Assembly: GCA_964513995.1 (NCBI GenBank) | Contig: CAZEOQ010000007.1 | Span: 6,891-70,890 of the forward strand | Source of the DNA: an uncultured Desulfobacterales bacterium | GTDB taxonomy: Bacteria; Desulfobacterota; DSM-4660; Desulfatiglandales; JALVZP01 | DNA: 64,000 bases | Reading direction: 5' to 3' | Part shown: positions 30,503 through 40,970 of the stretch, one piece after another | How positions within the stretch are numbered: position 1 is the first letter of the stretch | Layout: the number at the start of each line of letters is the position of its first letter | Notes under the pieces: generated by a model | What the model saw: only the letters and a program-made list of their open reading frames with translations | Told to the model about the DNA's origin: nothing | Databases searched by the model: none | Program-made: the position numbers and the translations under genes

Positions 30503-32017
30503 TTAGAAGAATTTTCTATCAAGAACTCTATACTGGATTGCTTCTGCTATATGATCTATTTTTATCTGTTCAGATTCATCCAGATCTGCAATAGTTCTTG
30601 CAACCTTAAGTATTCTTGAATATGCCCTTGCACTTATTCCAAGATTATCTATAGCATCTTTTAGAAGACTTTTAGATTCTTTATCAAGTCTGCAGAATTT
30701 CTTTATATGAGCCTGTTCCATCTCTGAATTTGTCCTTATTTTAAAATTCTTAAATCTTTCAGCCTGTATCTCTCTTGCTCTTACTACTTTTTCCCTTATC
30801 TTTTTTGAAGAAGTCCCTTCTTTATTTTCAATAAGTTCTCCATAAGATAAGGAAGGAACTTCTACATGTATGTCTATCCTATCCAAAATAGGTCCAGATA
30901 TCTTGGATCTGTATCTCTGGATCTGAAGAACAGAACAATTGCAGACATGTCTTCTGTCTCCTAAATAACCACAGGGACAGGGATTCATGGCAGCAACAAG
31001 CATAAACTTTGCAGGATATGTAACAGTTATATTTGCTCTTGTTATTGTCACGACTTTATCTTCCATAGGCTGTCTTAAGACCTCAAGCACATTTCTTCTG
31101 AATTCTGGAAGCTCATCCAAAAAAAGAACACCATTATTAGCCAGACTTACTTCTCCTGGTTTTGGAGGATTTCCTCCTCCTATCATCCCTATGTCAGAAA
31201 TTGTATGATGAGGAGATCTAAAAGGTCTTTTCCTTAGAAGTCCTGTTTCTGGAAGAAGCCCCATGATACTATATATTTTTGAAGTCTCAATTGATTCTTC
31301 AAAACTTAAAGGAGGAAGAATAGTAGGGATCCTTTTTGCTAACATTGTCTTTCCAGATCCTGGAGGTCCTATCATAAGAAGATTGTGTCCTCCTGCTGCA
31401 GCAATTTCTAAAGCCCTTTTTACATTCTCCTGTCCTTTTACTTCCTTAAAATCTACATCAAATTCTTCCTCTTCTAAGGTATTGTTTTCATCCTTAAAAG
31501 GACTTATATTTTTTATACCCTTAAAGAATTCAACCACATCAGAAAGACTGCTTATGGGATATATGTCTATGCCCTTTACGACAGCTGCTTCCTTTGCATT
31601 CTGTTTTGGAAGGAATATACCTTTAAGTCCAAACTGTTTTGCACTTATTACAATAGGAAGGACTCCTTTTATTGGTCTTATTGTTCCATCAAGTGAGAGT
31701 TCTCCAAGAAACATATATCCTTCACAGCTTTCTATAAGACCTGTTGCACAAAGGATCCCTACTGCAATTGGGAGATCAAAAGCTGTTCCTGTTTTCCTTA
31801 CATCTGCAGGAGCAAGATTTACAGTAATTCGGTCAGCTGGAAAATGGTAACCGGAATTGTTAATAGCAGCTTTTACTCTTTCTTTGCTTTCCTTTACTGC
31901 AGCTTCAGGAAGACCAACAGTTGAAAAGGAGGGAAGTCCATGAGAAATGTCAACTTCTACTTCAACTATATATCCGTCTATTCCAAATGTTGCTCCACTT
32001 ATTACCTTTGCTAGCAT
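30503..32017 (-). CDS. comM: ComM/YifB Mg-chelatase-like AAA+ ATPase
   Basis: [72 protein letters not shown]. Start at ATG 32017; the longer ORF overlaps rpoZ. Confidence 0.94.
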   Translation of the reverse strand: MLAKVISGATFGIDGYIVEVEVDISHGLPSFSTVGLPEAAVKESKERVKAAINNSGYHFPADRITVNLAPADVRKTGTAFDLPIAVGILCATGLIESCEGYMFLGELSLDGTIRPIKGVLPIVISAKQFGLKGIFLPKQNAKEAAVVKGIDIYPISSLSDVVEFFKGIKNISPFKDENNTLEEEEFDVDFKEVKGQENVKRALEIAAAGGHNLLMIGPPGSGKTMLAKRIPTILPPLSFEESIETSKIYSIMGLLPETGLLRKRPFRSPHHTISDIGMIGGGNPPKPGEVSLANNGVLFLDELPEFRRNVLEVLRQPMEDKVVTITRANITVTYPAKFMLVAAMNPCPCGYLGDRRHVCNCSVLQIQRYRSKISGPILDRIDIHVEVPSLSYGELIENKEGTSSKKIREKVVRAREIQAERFKNFKIRTNSEMEQAHIKKFCRLDKESKSLLKDAIDNLGISARAYSRILKVARTIADLDESEQIKIDHIAEAIQYRVLDRKFF

Positions 32018-32087
32018 CTTTTTGTCCCTTGTTTTTCTTTTACTTTTAGCATATAAGTTTATATATATCAATGAAAGGAGATTTGCC

Positions 32088-32423
32088 ATGGCAAGGATAA
32101 CTGTTGAGGATTGTTTAGAGAAGGTAAAAAGTAGATTTGAACTTATCCATCTTGCTATAAAAAGAGTAAAAGAACTGAGAAGAGGAGCACCTCCTCTTGT
32201 AGAATGTGACAATAAGGAGATTGTTACAGCATTAAGAGAAATTGCAGCTGGAAAGGTTTATCCTATAAAATATGAGGAGATACCTTCTGAACGAGTAGAA
32301 GAACTTCCTGAACCTGAAAAAGAGCTTGTTTCAAAAGAAGAACTTTATGATTCAATAAAAGAAGCTACAGCTTACCAAGGACCAGAAAAAGAAGAAACAG
32401 AGGAAGAGGAATCATATGAATAA
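32088..32423 (+). CDS. rpoZ: RNA polymerase omega subunit with acidic C-terminal extension
   Basis: [10 protein letters not shown]...SRFEL...[13 protein letters not shown]; AAGGAG before ATG 32088. Confidence 0.94.
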   Translation: MARITVEDCLEKVKSRFELIHLAIKRVKELRRGAPPLVECDNKEIVTALREIAAGKVYPIKYEEIPSERVEELPEPEKELVSKEELYDSIKEATAYQGPEKEETEEEESYE

Positions 32424-33507
32424 GAAGGATTATTATGAAATTTTAGGTGTTCCAAGAGATGCTACAGAAGAGGAGATAAAAAGAGCTTATAGGAAACTTG
32501 CACTTAAATATCATCCTGACAGAAATCCTGGTGATAAGGAAGCAGAAGAGAAGTTTAAGGAGATATCAGAGGCATATGAGGTATTAAGTGATCCTGAAAA
32601 AAGAAGGATATATGATACTTATGGACATGAAGGATTACAGGGAAGAGGATATTCTACGGGATTTACAGATGTTGAAGATATATTTGACAGATTTAATGAC
32701 ATATTTGAGGAATTTTTTGGATTTGGATTTAGAACAAGAAGAAGACAAAGACCAAGACAAGGAAGAAATATCAGATATGATCTTGAGATTACACTTGAAG
32801 AAGCTTTTACAGGATGTAATAAAGAGGTAATAATAGAAAGACTGGAAGTATGTCCTACTTGTAAAGGATCAGGTGGTATAGGAAAAGAGGTATGTCCTGA
32901 CTGTGGTGGAATGGGACAAATTACGAGATCTCATGGTTTCTTCCACATAACTACGACTTGCAGCAGATGTAAAGGAGAAGGTTATATCATTTCTAAGCCT
33001 TGTTTTGATTGTAGAGGGACCGGGACAGTAAAAGTAGAAAGAAGGATAAATATAAGGATACCTGCTGGAGTAGATACAGGATCTCAACTCAGGATACGTG
33101 GAGAAGGAGAACCAGGAGAATATGGAGGACCTCCAGGAGATCTCTTTATTGTTATAAAGGTCAAAAAACACGAATTTTTCTCAAGAAAAGATGATGATCT
33201 GTTCTGCGAAATTCCTATCTCATTTATTCAAGCAGCATTAGGTGATAAGATAAAGATTCAGGTATTTAATGAAGAAGTAGAGGTTGAGATTCCTCAAGGA
33301 ACTCAGCCTGGAGATGTTATAAGAGTTCCAGGAAAAGGAATGCCTTCTGTCAGATCAGGTAAAAGAGGAGATCTTTTTGTAAAGGTAAATGTCAAAATTC
33401 CAAAAGAACTTACAAAAAGACAAAGAGAACTTCTTGAAGAGTTTGCAAGGACAGAAGGATTGAAGATAGAAAGTCCTCAAAAAAGGAAGAGGAAGTTTTG
33501 GATATAG
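32416..33507 (+). CDS. dnaJ: Chaperone DnaJ
   Basis: J domain with HPD, four CxxCxGxG repeats, C-terminal PAGVD and GDL motifs. Confidence 0.96.
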   Translation: MNKKDYYEILGVPRDATEEEIKRAYRKLALKYHPDRNPGDKEAEEKFKEISEAYEVLSDPEKRRIYDTYGHEGLQGRGYSTGFTDVEDIFDRFNDIFEEFFGFGFRTRRRQRPRQGRNIRYDLEITLEEAFTGCNKEVIIERLEVCPTCKGSGGIGKEVCPDCGGMGQITRSHGFFHITTTCSRCKGEGYIISKPCFDCRGTGTVKVERRINIRIPAGVDTGSQLRIRGEGEPGEYGGPPGDLFIVIKVKKHEFFSRKDDDLFCEIPISFIQAALGDKIKIQVFNEEVEVEIPQGTQPGDVIRVPGKGMPSVRSGKRGDLFVKVNVKIPKELTKRQRELLEEFARTEGLKIESPQKRKRKFWI

Positions 33508-33514
33508 TTCTTTT

Positions 33515-34474
33515 ATGACAGATCTTATAAGGGTTATTTTTTCAATAGTTACTTCTGCCTTTGTTTTTATTATATTCGGAAATTCCATAATAAATAGATT
33601 AAAAAGACTTAACATAGGTCAATACATACAACAAGATGGACCTCCTTCACACATAGTAAAGCAAGGAACTCCTACAATGGGAGGAATTCCTATTATCCTT
33701 ATAAGTATCCTTTCTACAGTTTTTTTTGCTAAGCTGACTCAGCATATCCTTATATGTATCTTAAGTCTTCTTCTTTTTGGAGCCATAGGTTTTGTTGATG
33801 ATTGGATTAAAATAAAAAGGAAAGAGAACAAGGGATTAACTGCAAAGCAGAAGTTTTTGCTTCAGACAATCTCAGCCTTTTTTATCTCTTGGCTTTTATA
33901 CAGAACAGTTGACCATACCTTATATGTCCCTTTTTTTAAGACTTATCTAAGGACAGGAATTTTTTACTTCCTTCTAACAGCTTTTATAATTGTAGCAACA
34001 TCTAATGCAGTAAATCTTACAGATGGACTTGATGGACTTGCTATAGTTCCAATATCCATAGCATTTGGATTTTATCTTATATTTTCCTATGTCTCTGGTA
34101 ATAAGGAATTAGCTGTATTCTGTGGAAGTATTGTAGGTTCAGGACTCGGTTTTTTGTGGTATAATACATATCCTGCTGAGTTATTTATGGGAGATGTGGG
34201 TTCACTTTCTCTGGGAGCAGCTCTTGCAACAGTATCTGTTATTACAAAACAAGAACTCCTGCTACTTCTTATAGGAGGAATATTTGTCATAGAAGCAATT
34301 TCTGTAATTGTTCAGGTAGGCTATTTTAAGCTTTCAGGAGGAAAAAGGGTATTTAGGATGGCTCCTATTCATCATCATTTTGAAATGAAAGGATTGCCTG
34401 AACCAAAGATAATAGTAAGGTTCTGGATAGTGTCAGTAATTTTAGCTATTATTGGAATTGGTGCTTTAAGATGA
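33515..34474 (+). CDS. mraY: Phospho-N-acetylmuramoyl-pentapeptide transferase
   Basis: KQGTPTMGG, GFVDD, SNAVNLTDGLDGLA, FMGDVGS, MAPIHHHFE. Confidence 0.96.
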   Translation: MTDLIRVIFSIVTSAFVFIIFGNSIINRLKRLNIGQYIQQDGPPSHIVKQGTPTMGGIPIILISILSTVFFAKLTQHILICILSLLLFGAIGFVDDWIKIKRKENKGLTAKQKFLLQTISAFFISWLLYRTVDHTLYVPFFKTYLRTGIFYFLLTAFIIVATSNAVNLTDGLDGLAIVPISIAFGFYLIFSYVSGNKELAVFCGSIVGSGLGFLWYNTYPAELFMGDVGSLSLGAALATVSVITKQELLLLLIGGIFVIEAISVIVQVGYFKLSGGKRVFRMAPIHHHFEMKGLPEPKIIVRFWIVSVILAIIGIGALR

Positions 34475-35805
34475 GGAAAAAAGTAACAGTGATAGGCTTA
34501 GGTGTTACAGGATTCTATAGCGCATCTTTTTTTGCAAAAAGAGGTCTGGATGTATCTGTAATGGACATAAAAAAAGAGGAAGAGCTGAGAAAGGATTATG
34601 TGGAAGGATTAAAAAGGATTGGAGTAGAGATAATTGCTGGAAGATATGATGAAAGATGTATCTTAGAGTCAGATATAGTAATACTTAGTCCTTCTGTCCC
34701 TGTTGATCTTCCTGTATTAGAAAAAGCAAGAGAAAAGGGTGTTTGTGTAATAGGGGAGTTAGAATTTGCTTCAAGGATGATAGAAAAACCTATTGTTGCA
34801 ATAACCGGAACAAATGGAAAATCTACTGTAACGACACTTATAGGGAATATTCTTAGAAGGGCTGGAAAGAAGGTATTTGTTGGAGGAAACATAGGAAGAC
34901 CTCTTATATCATATTTTGAGCAAGATGAAGAGGCAGAGATATTTGTGTTAGAAGTAAGCAGTTATCAGCTTGATTCAGTTGAGAAATTTTCCCCTTTCAT
35001 TTCTGTAATTCTGAATATAACTCCTGATCATCTTGATCACTATGGAAGGTTTGAAAGGTATGTTGAAAGTAAACTGAAGATATTCAGGAATCAAAAACCT
35101 GAAAGTTATCTTATCTTAAATGACGACGACAAGATCCTTTCTCAGATCTCTCCATCCAATGTAAAAGTCCTAAGATATGGGATTCAGAAAAGGTGGAACA
35201 GAGATGCTTATATAGAAGATGGAAAGATAAAGTGTTTGGGAATAGAATTTTCATTTGAAGACATAAAACTTATAGGCATGCACAATATAGTTAATCTTAT
35301 GCCGGTTATACTTTGCTGTCTTCTTTTAGATGTGGAAAAGGAGATAATAGAAAAGGAAATAAGGGAGTTTAAAGGACTTCCTCACAGATTAGAGTTTGTA
35401 TTAGAAAAGGAAGGAATTGCATTTTTTGATGATTCAAAAGCAACAAATGTAGATTCAGCAGTAAGTGCTATAAAAAGCATAGAAAGACCTATAATACTTA
35501 TTGCTGGAGGAAAGGATAAAGGAGGAGGATACAGACAACTTAAGGAGGCTGCAAAAGAAAAAGTGAAACATGCTGTTCTTTTAGGAGAAGCTTCAACTCT
35601 TATTGCAAAAGAGTTTGAAGGTGAAATCTCTTATGAGATGGCAAAAGACATGTATGATGCTGTTGAAAAGGCTTATTCTAAGGCAAAGAAGGGAGATGCT
35701 ATACTTCTTTCTCCAGCATGTTCAAGCTTTGATATGTTTAAGGATTATTCTCACAGAGGAGAAGTATTTAAAGATGCAATAAGGAGGATTGTAAGTGGTA
35801 AGTGA
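34471..35805 (+). CDS. murD: UDP-MurNAc-L-Ala:D-Glu ligase
   Basis: ITGTNGKSTVT, GGNIG, LEVSSYQL, DHLD, DDSKATN, LSPACSSFD. Confidence 0.96.
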   Translation: MRKKVTVIGLGVTGFYSASFFAKRGLDVSVMDIKKEEELRKDYVEGLKRIGVEIIAGRYDERCILESDIVILSPSVPVDLPVLEKAREKGVCVIGELEFASRMIEKPIVAITGTNGKSTVTTLIGNILRRAGKKVFVGGNIGRPLISYFEQDEEAEIFVLEVSSYQLDSVEKFSPFISVILNITPDHLDHYGRFERYVESKLKIFRNQKPESYLILNDDDKILSQISPSNVKVLRYGIQKRWNRDAYIEDGKIKCLGIEFSFEDIKLIGMHNIVNLMPVILCCLLLDVEKEIIEKEIREFKGLPHRLEFVLEKEGIAFFDDSKATNVDSAVSAIKSIERPIILIAGGKDKGGGYRQLKEAAKEKVKHAVLLGEASTLIAKEFEGEISYEMAKDMYDAVEKAYSKAKKGDAILLSPACSSFDMFKDYSHRGEVFKDAIRRIVSGK

Positions 35806-36892
35806 AGAGATTCCAAGTTATGATTACATCCTTCTTATTTCAACTTTCCTCCTTATTTCCTTAGGATTTATCTTTATATACAGTGCAAGCTCAAACATAG
35901 CACTTTACAAGTTCTCTAATCCTTACTTTTTTTTAAAAAAACAGGCTATTTCTCTCTTCATAGGCATCTTTTTTATGCTTATTTCAATGCATATACCATA
36001 CAGGATATACTCAAATCCAAAGTTCATATACGGACTTCTTCTTCTAAGCCTTACTTTTCTTCTGCTTCTTTTTTTCATAGGACATAAGATATCAGGAGCT
36101 GTAAGATGGATCAGGATAAAAGGATTCTCTTTTCAGCCAACAGAACTTGCAAAACTTTCTCTCTGTCTTTACATTGCTCATTTTATGACAAAAAACAGTG
36201 AAAAAATGAAGACATTTAAAATAGGTATTCTGCCTAACCTTCTTTTAGTAGGACTCTTTATTCTCCTCATAATGAAACAGCCAGATAAAGGAACAGCTTT
36301 GATGATAACTGTCTGGCTATTTATAATGCTTTTTGTAGGAGGATGTAAATTAGCTCATCTTTTTATGACTTCAGTATCTTTTTTCCTTCTTTTCATATTT
36401 TATCTTTCTCATTCAGAATATGTCATCCACAGATGGAAAGCCTTCCTGGATCCCTGGAAATACTATAACAGCTACGGATTCCAGATAATTCATTCTTTTT
36501 ATGCATTTGGCACAGGTGGTCTAACAGGAGTAGGTTTGGGTAGTGGAAAGCAAAAGTTGTTTTATCTTCCAGAACCATATACAGACTTTATACTTCCTGT
36601 TATAGGAGAAGAGTTGGGTTTTTTGGGAGTATTTTTTGTTATCTTCTTGTATTTTGTTATAGTTACAAGAGGGATAAGTATAGCTGTTAGCAGTAATAAT
36701 CTTTTTAACAGATACCTGGCATTTGCTATAACATCTATGTTTTGTTTACAGGTAATAATAAATATGGGTGTTTCCATGAATCTTCTTCCAGCAAAAGGAC
36801 TTACTCTTCCTCTTTTAAGTTATGGAGGTTCTTCTCTTCTTATTACCATGACAGAGATAGGGATTCTGCTTAATGTATCAGCAAAAAGATAA
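35795..36892 (+). CDS. ftsW: SEDS peptidoglycan polymerase FtsW
   Basis: GAVRWI, FQPTELAK, TDFI..VIGEELG, PAKGLTLPLLSYGGSS; dcw position. Confidence 0.93.
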   Translation: MVSEEIPSYDYILLISTFLLISLGFIFIYSASSNIALYKFSNPYFFLKKQAISLFIGIFFMLISMHIPYRIYSNPKFIYGLLLLSLTFLLLLFFIGHKISGAVRWIRIKGFSFQPTELAKLSLCLYIAHFMTKNSEKMKTFKIGILPNLLLVGLFILLIMKQPDKGTALMITVWLFIMLFVGGCKLAHLFMTSVSFFLLFIFYLSHSEYVIHRWKAFLDPWKYYNSYGFQIIHSFYAFGTGGLTGVGLGSGKQKLFYLPEPYTDFILPVIGEELGFLGVFFVIFLYFVIVTRGISIAVSSNNLFNRYLAFAITSMFCLQVIINMGVSMNLLPAKGLTLPLLSYGGSSLLITMTEIGILLNVSAKR

Positions 36893-37958
36893 AGAGATCA
36901 GATTACTTATAGCATCTTCTTGGACAGGAGGACATATCTTTCCAGGGATATCCATATGCCAGCAGTTAAGAAGGATTGAAAAGGTAGAAGTATTTTTTGT
37001 AATAAACAGAAGGAGTCCAGCAGAAGAAATCTTAAGGAAACAGGGCTATACTGTATTTATTTTGAAAATTGAAGGAATAAAAGGTAAAGGAATAAAAAGC
37101 CTTCTCTGTTTTTCTAAAATTCCCATTTACTTTTACCACTCTTTTAAACTCATAAAAAAAATCTCACCTTCATTTATACTTGGACTTGGAGGATCTGTTT
37201 GTGGTCCTATATGTATTCTTGGAAAGATATTGGGAATTCCTACAGCTATTCATGAGCAAAATCTTATTCCAGGACTTACTAACAGGATTTTGTCTTATTT
37301 TGTAGATAATGTTTTTGTCTCATTTGAGGAAACAAAAAAATACCTAAGAAATGCCTATTATACAGGGAATCCTGTAAGAGAAGAATTTTTCTGTATAAAT
37401 AGGAAAAAAGGAGAAAAGTTCAGGATATTGGTAACAGGAGGAAGTCAAGGAGCACATGCCATAAATGCTGTTTTCTTAGATGCTTTAAGACTTCTGGATT
37501 TAGACAAGATAAAGATAATCCATCAGACAGGAGAAAAGGATTTCTTTTATGTAAAAAAAAGATACGAAGACATGAAGATAGATGCTGAAGTTCTGCCTTT
37601 CATAGAAGACATGCCAGCTGTTTTAGAAAAAGTTGATCTCGTAATAAGCAGATCAGGAGCTTCTACCTTATTTGAACTTTCAGCATCAGGAACCCCTTCT
37701 ATCCTTATTCCATATCCTTATTCATCAGACAGTCATCAAGAAAAGAATGCCTTAGCTCTTGTAAAAAAAGGTGGAGCTGAAATGATTCTTCAAGATGAGC
37801 TTACTGCTGAAAGACTTGCAGCTGTTATAAAAAAGTATATGAAACAGCCTGAAAGATTAAAAGAGATGGGAAAAAAAGCAAAGATGCTGGCAAAAAAAGA
37901 TTCTGCTCTTCTTATTTCAGAAAAAATTCTGGAGATGCTGAAACATGGAAATACTTAA
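36873..37958 (+). CDS. murG: Undecaprenyl-PP-MurNAc-pentapeptide GlcNAc transferase
   Basis: TGGHIFP, HEQN, GNPVR, GGSQGA, SRSGAST, HQEKNA. Confidence 0.94.
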   Translation: MYQQKDKEIRLLIASSWTGGHIFPGISICQQLRRIEKVEVFFVINRRSPAEEILRKQGYTVFILKIEGIKGKGIKSLLCFSKIPIYFYHSFKLIKKISPSFILGLGGSVCGPICILGKILGIPTAIHEQNLIPGLTNRILSYFVDNVFVSFEETKKYLRNAYYTGNPVREEFFCINRKKGEKFRILVTGGSQGAHAINAVFLDALRLLDLDKIKIIHQTGEKDFFYVKKRYEDMKIDAEVLPFIEDMPAVLEKVDLVISRSGASTLFELSASGTPSILIPYPYSSDSHQEKNALALVKKGGAEMILQDELTAERLAAVIKKYMKQPERLKEMGKKAKMLAKKDSALLISEKILEMLKHGNT

Positions 37959-39342
37959 AAAGGTCAAAAGGATACATTTTGTTGGAATTGGTGGAATAGG
38001 AATGAGTGGAATAGCTGAGCTTCTTATAAATTTAGGCTATAAGATAACAGGTTCAGATATAAAGCAGACTTCTATAACAAAAAGATTAGAAAGATTGGGT
38101 GCAAAAATCTTTTATTTTCACGATAAAAAGAACATAAATGGAGCAGACATAGTAGTGTTTTCTTCTGCCATTCCTTCAGAAAATCCTGAAATAATGGAGG
38201 CAAAAAAGAGAAAGATTCCAGTAATTCCAAGGGCAGAAATTTTAGCAGAACTTATGAGATTCAAATACAGTATAGCTGTAACAGGAGCTCATGGAAAGAC
38301 GACAACGACCTGTATGATTGCAAGCATACTAAACAGTGCTCATATGGATCCTACAGTGATCATAGGAGGAAGACTTAAAGGATGGAATGGTTCAAATGCA
38401 AGACTTGGAAAGGGAGATATCCTGGTTGCAGAGGCTGATGAAAGTGATGGTTCTTTTCTGAGGCTCTCATATGAAATGGCAGTAGTTACAAATATAGATT
38501 ATGAACACATGGATTATTACAAAGATATGGAAAACTTAAGAAAGGCTTTTATAGAGTTCATAAATAAGCTTCCATTTTATGGAAAAGCTATAATCTGCCT
38601 TGATAATGAAGAAATAAAAAAGATAATTCCTTATCTAAGAAGAAGGTTCATCACATATGGGATAAGAGAAAAAGGAGCAGATCTTAGGGCTGAGAATATA
38701 AAAAAAGAAGAATTTGGGACGAGTTTTGATGTAATATATAAAGGAAAAATCATAAGGAATGTAGAGGTAGGGATACCAGGAATACATAATGTATTAAATG
38801 CACTTTCTGCTATTGGAGTTGGTATTGAGTTAGGTATAGATATAGCCTCTATAAAGAAAGGACTAAAAAACTTAGGAGGGCTTGAAAGAAGATTTCAGAT
38901 AAAAGCCATAATAGATGATATCATAATAATGGATGACTATGGACATCATCCAACAGAAATAGCTGCTACATTGGAAACAATAAAGAATTGGTGGAAAGGA
39001 AGAAGACTTATTGTAGCTTTTCAACCTCACAGATACTCAAGGACAAAAGCACTTTTTGATCGCTTTGTAAGATGTTTCTATTGTGCAGATGTCCTTTATA
39101 TAAGCCCTATATATGCTGCTTCTGAAAAGCCAATAGAAGGTGTCTGTTCTGAAAAGCTTGTTAAGGCTATAAAAGAAAGTGGGTATAAAAATGTAGAATT
39201 TTGTGAGAGGTTTGAGGATATAGTAGAGAGAATTTTATCTATAGTAAGACCTGGAGACCTTATACTTACTCTTGGTGCAGGAAACATATATCAGGTAGGA
39301 AATAGACTTATAGAAGAGCTGAAGAATGTTAGAAGAATATAA
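37945..39342 (+). CDS. murC: UDP-MurNAc:L-Ala ligase
   Basis: HFVGIGGIGMSG, GAHGKTTTT, EADESD, DDYGHHPTE, FQPHRYSR. Confidence 0.97.
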   Translation: MEILKKVKRIHFVGIGGIGMSGIAELLINLGYKITGSDIKQTSITKRLERLGAKIFYFHDKKNINGADIVVFSSAIPSENPEIMEAKKRKIPVIPRAEILAELMRFKYSIAVTGAHGKTTTTCMIASILNSAHMDPTVIIGGRLKGWNGSNARLGKGDILVAEADESDGSFLRLSYEMAVVTNIDYEHMDYYKDMENLRKAFIEFINKLPFYGKAIICLDNEEIKKIIPYLRRRFITYGIREKGADLRAENIKKEEFGTSFDVIYKGKIIRNVEVGIPGIHNVLNALSAIGVGIELGIDIASIKKGLKNLGGLERRFQIKAIIDDIIIMDDYGHHPTEIAATLETIKNWWKGRRLIVAFQPHRYSRTKALFDRFVRCFYCADVLYISPIYAASEKPIEGVCSEKLVKAIKESGYKNVEFCERFEDIVERILSIVRPGDLILTLGAGNIYQVGNRLIEELKNVRRI

Positions 39343-40237
39343 AGAGAAGTTAAAAGAGATATGTGGGAATATACATTTTGGAGTCCCTGTCTCTCGTTAT
39401 ACTACTTTTAAAGTAGGAGGCAAGGTTTGGGCAGTTTGTGATGTAAGAGAGAGAAATATTCTTTATAGATTGCTTGGTTTTCTTTCTGAAAAAGGGATAT
39501 CTTATATGATTCTTGGAGGAGGAAGTAAGTTACTTGTAAGTGATTCTGGATTTAAAGGGGTTATGATAAGACTTAAAGGGGAATTTGAAAGGATAGAGAT
39601 TCAGGAAGGGAAAGATCTGCTCCTGAAAGTAGGAGCAGGTACACCGATATATAAGCTGATAGATTTCTGTGTAAAAAATAGGATTTCTGGACTTGAATTT
39701 CTTGTTGGAATTCCGGGAACAGCAGGTGGTGCAGTTGTGATGAATGCAGGAGCATTTGGAGAAGAGATAGGGGGAAAGGTAAGGAAGGTCAGTATAGTTA
39801 ACTCAAAGGGAGAGTCATTTATAAAGAAAAGAGAAAAGCTAAGGTTTTCATATAGGTATGCAGATATAAAAAAAGATGAAGTCATAACAGATATATGGAT
39901 AGATGGGATTTGTTTTTCTGAGAAGGGATTAATAAAGGAGAAGATAGAAACTTACATGTATATCCGAAAAAAAAGGCAGCCTTTAGAATTTCCAAATGCA
40001 GGCTGTATATTTAAAAATCCAGATAAGATAAAGGCAGGAAGGGTCATAGAAGAGATTGGATTAAAAGGGAAAAAGATAGGAGGTGCTATGGTTTCAGAAA
40101 AACATGCAAATTTTATAATAAATACTGGAAATGCAAAAGCAAAAGATATATTTGAGCTTATACAGTTTATAAAAAAAGAGGTAAAAGAGAAAAGAGGTAT
40201 AGAACTTGAAGAAGAAATAAAGATAGTTGGTTTCTGA
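39326..40237 (+). CDS. murB: UDP-N-acetylenolpyruvoylglucosamine reductase
   Basis: TTFKVGG, GIPGTAGGAVVMNAGA, FSYR, NAGCIFKNP, SEKHANF, LEEEI. Confidence 0.95.
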   Translation: MLEEYKEKLKEICGNIHFGVPVSRYTTFKVGGKVWAVCDVRERNILYRLLGFLSEKGISYMILGGGSKLLVSDSGFKGVMIRLKGEFERIEIQEGKDLLLKVGAGTPIYKLIDFCVKNRISGLEFLVGIPGTAGGAVVMNAGAFGEEIGGKVRKVSIVNSKGESFIKKREKLRFSYRYADIKKDEVITDIWIDGICFSEKGLIKEKIETYMYIRKKRQPLEFPNAGCIFKNPDKIKAGRVIEEIGLKGKKIGGAMVSEKHANFIINTGNAKAKDIFELIQFIKKEVKEKRGIELEEEIKIVGF

Positions 40238-40967
40238 TGTCTAAGATAAATCATTTTCTTTTGGGAATCCTTATATTCATAATTTCAGCTTTCTTAGTAA
40301 CAGGAGGCCTTCTTAAACTTTCAGCTTACCTTAAAAGATTTCTTAGAATAAAGAGGATAAAGATAGAAGGAGCTGATGAGAAGTTAAAAAAAAAGATCCT
40401 TATGATATGTAACCTAAAAAGCAATCCAAAAAGCCTTTTGTTTCTAAATACGAAAAGACTGAAAAAAATGATAGAAATGAATCCCTGGATAGAATCTGTA
40501 ACTGTAAAAAAGCTGTTTCCAGATACGGTTATAATAAAAGTAAAAAAAGAGGTTCCATGTGCAGTCCTTATTTATAAAGGAAATCTCTTTTATGTGAACA
40601 AAAAAGGTGAAGCCTTTAAAATCCCAGAGACTTACAGGGATCTGCCTGTCATAACAGGGATAAAGCAGGATATGAAAGACAGGATAAGAAAGGTTATAAG
40701 ACTGTTAGATAGAATAAATAACAGGAGATTAGAAGTTTCAGAGGTTCATGTAACAAAATATGGAACAGTTCATCTTTATTTTTGCAAAAATAGATTCGAT
40801 TTGGTTTTTTCTTATGATATAGATAGATTAAATGAGGAAGAGATAAAAAAAAACTTGAAAAATTAAAAAAGTTGTTGGATTATTTTGAAAAAAACGGGCA
40901 AATAAAAAAGGTTACATTTATAGATCTGGACTGCTTATCCAGAGGAGCTATAGTGAGCTTAAAATAA
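40237..40967 (+). CDS. ftsQ: Cell division protein FtsQ, frameshifted at an A9 run (40845-40853)
   Basis: TM + POTRA (PWIESVTVKKLFPDTVIIKV) between murB and ftsA. Frame 0 stops at 40866; one extra A gives ...KKKLEKLKKLLDYFEKNGQIKKVTFIDLDCLSRGAIVSLK, stopping at 40967, 3 nt before ftsA. Confidence 0.8.
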
Positions 40968-40970
40968 AAG

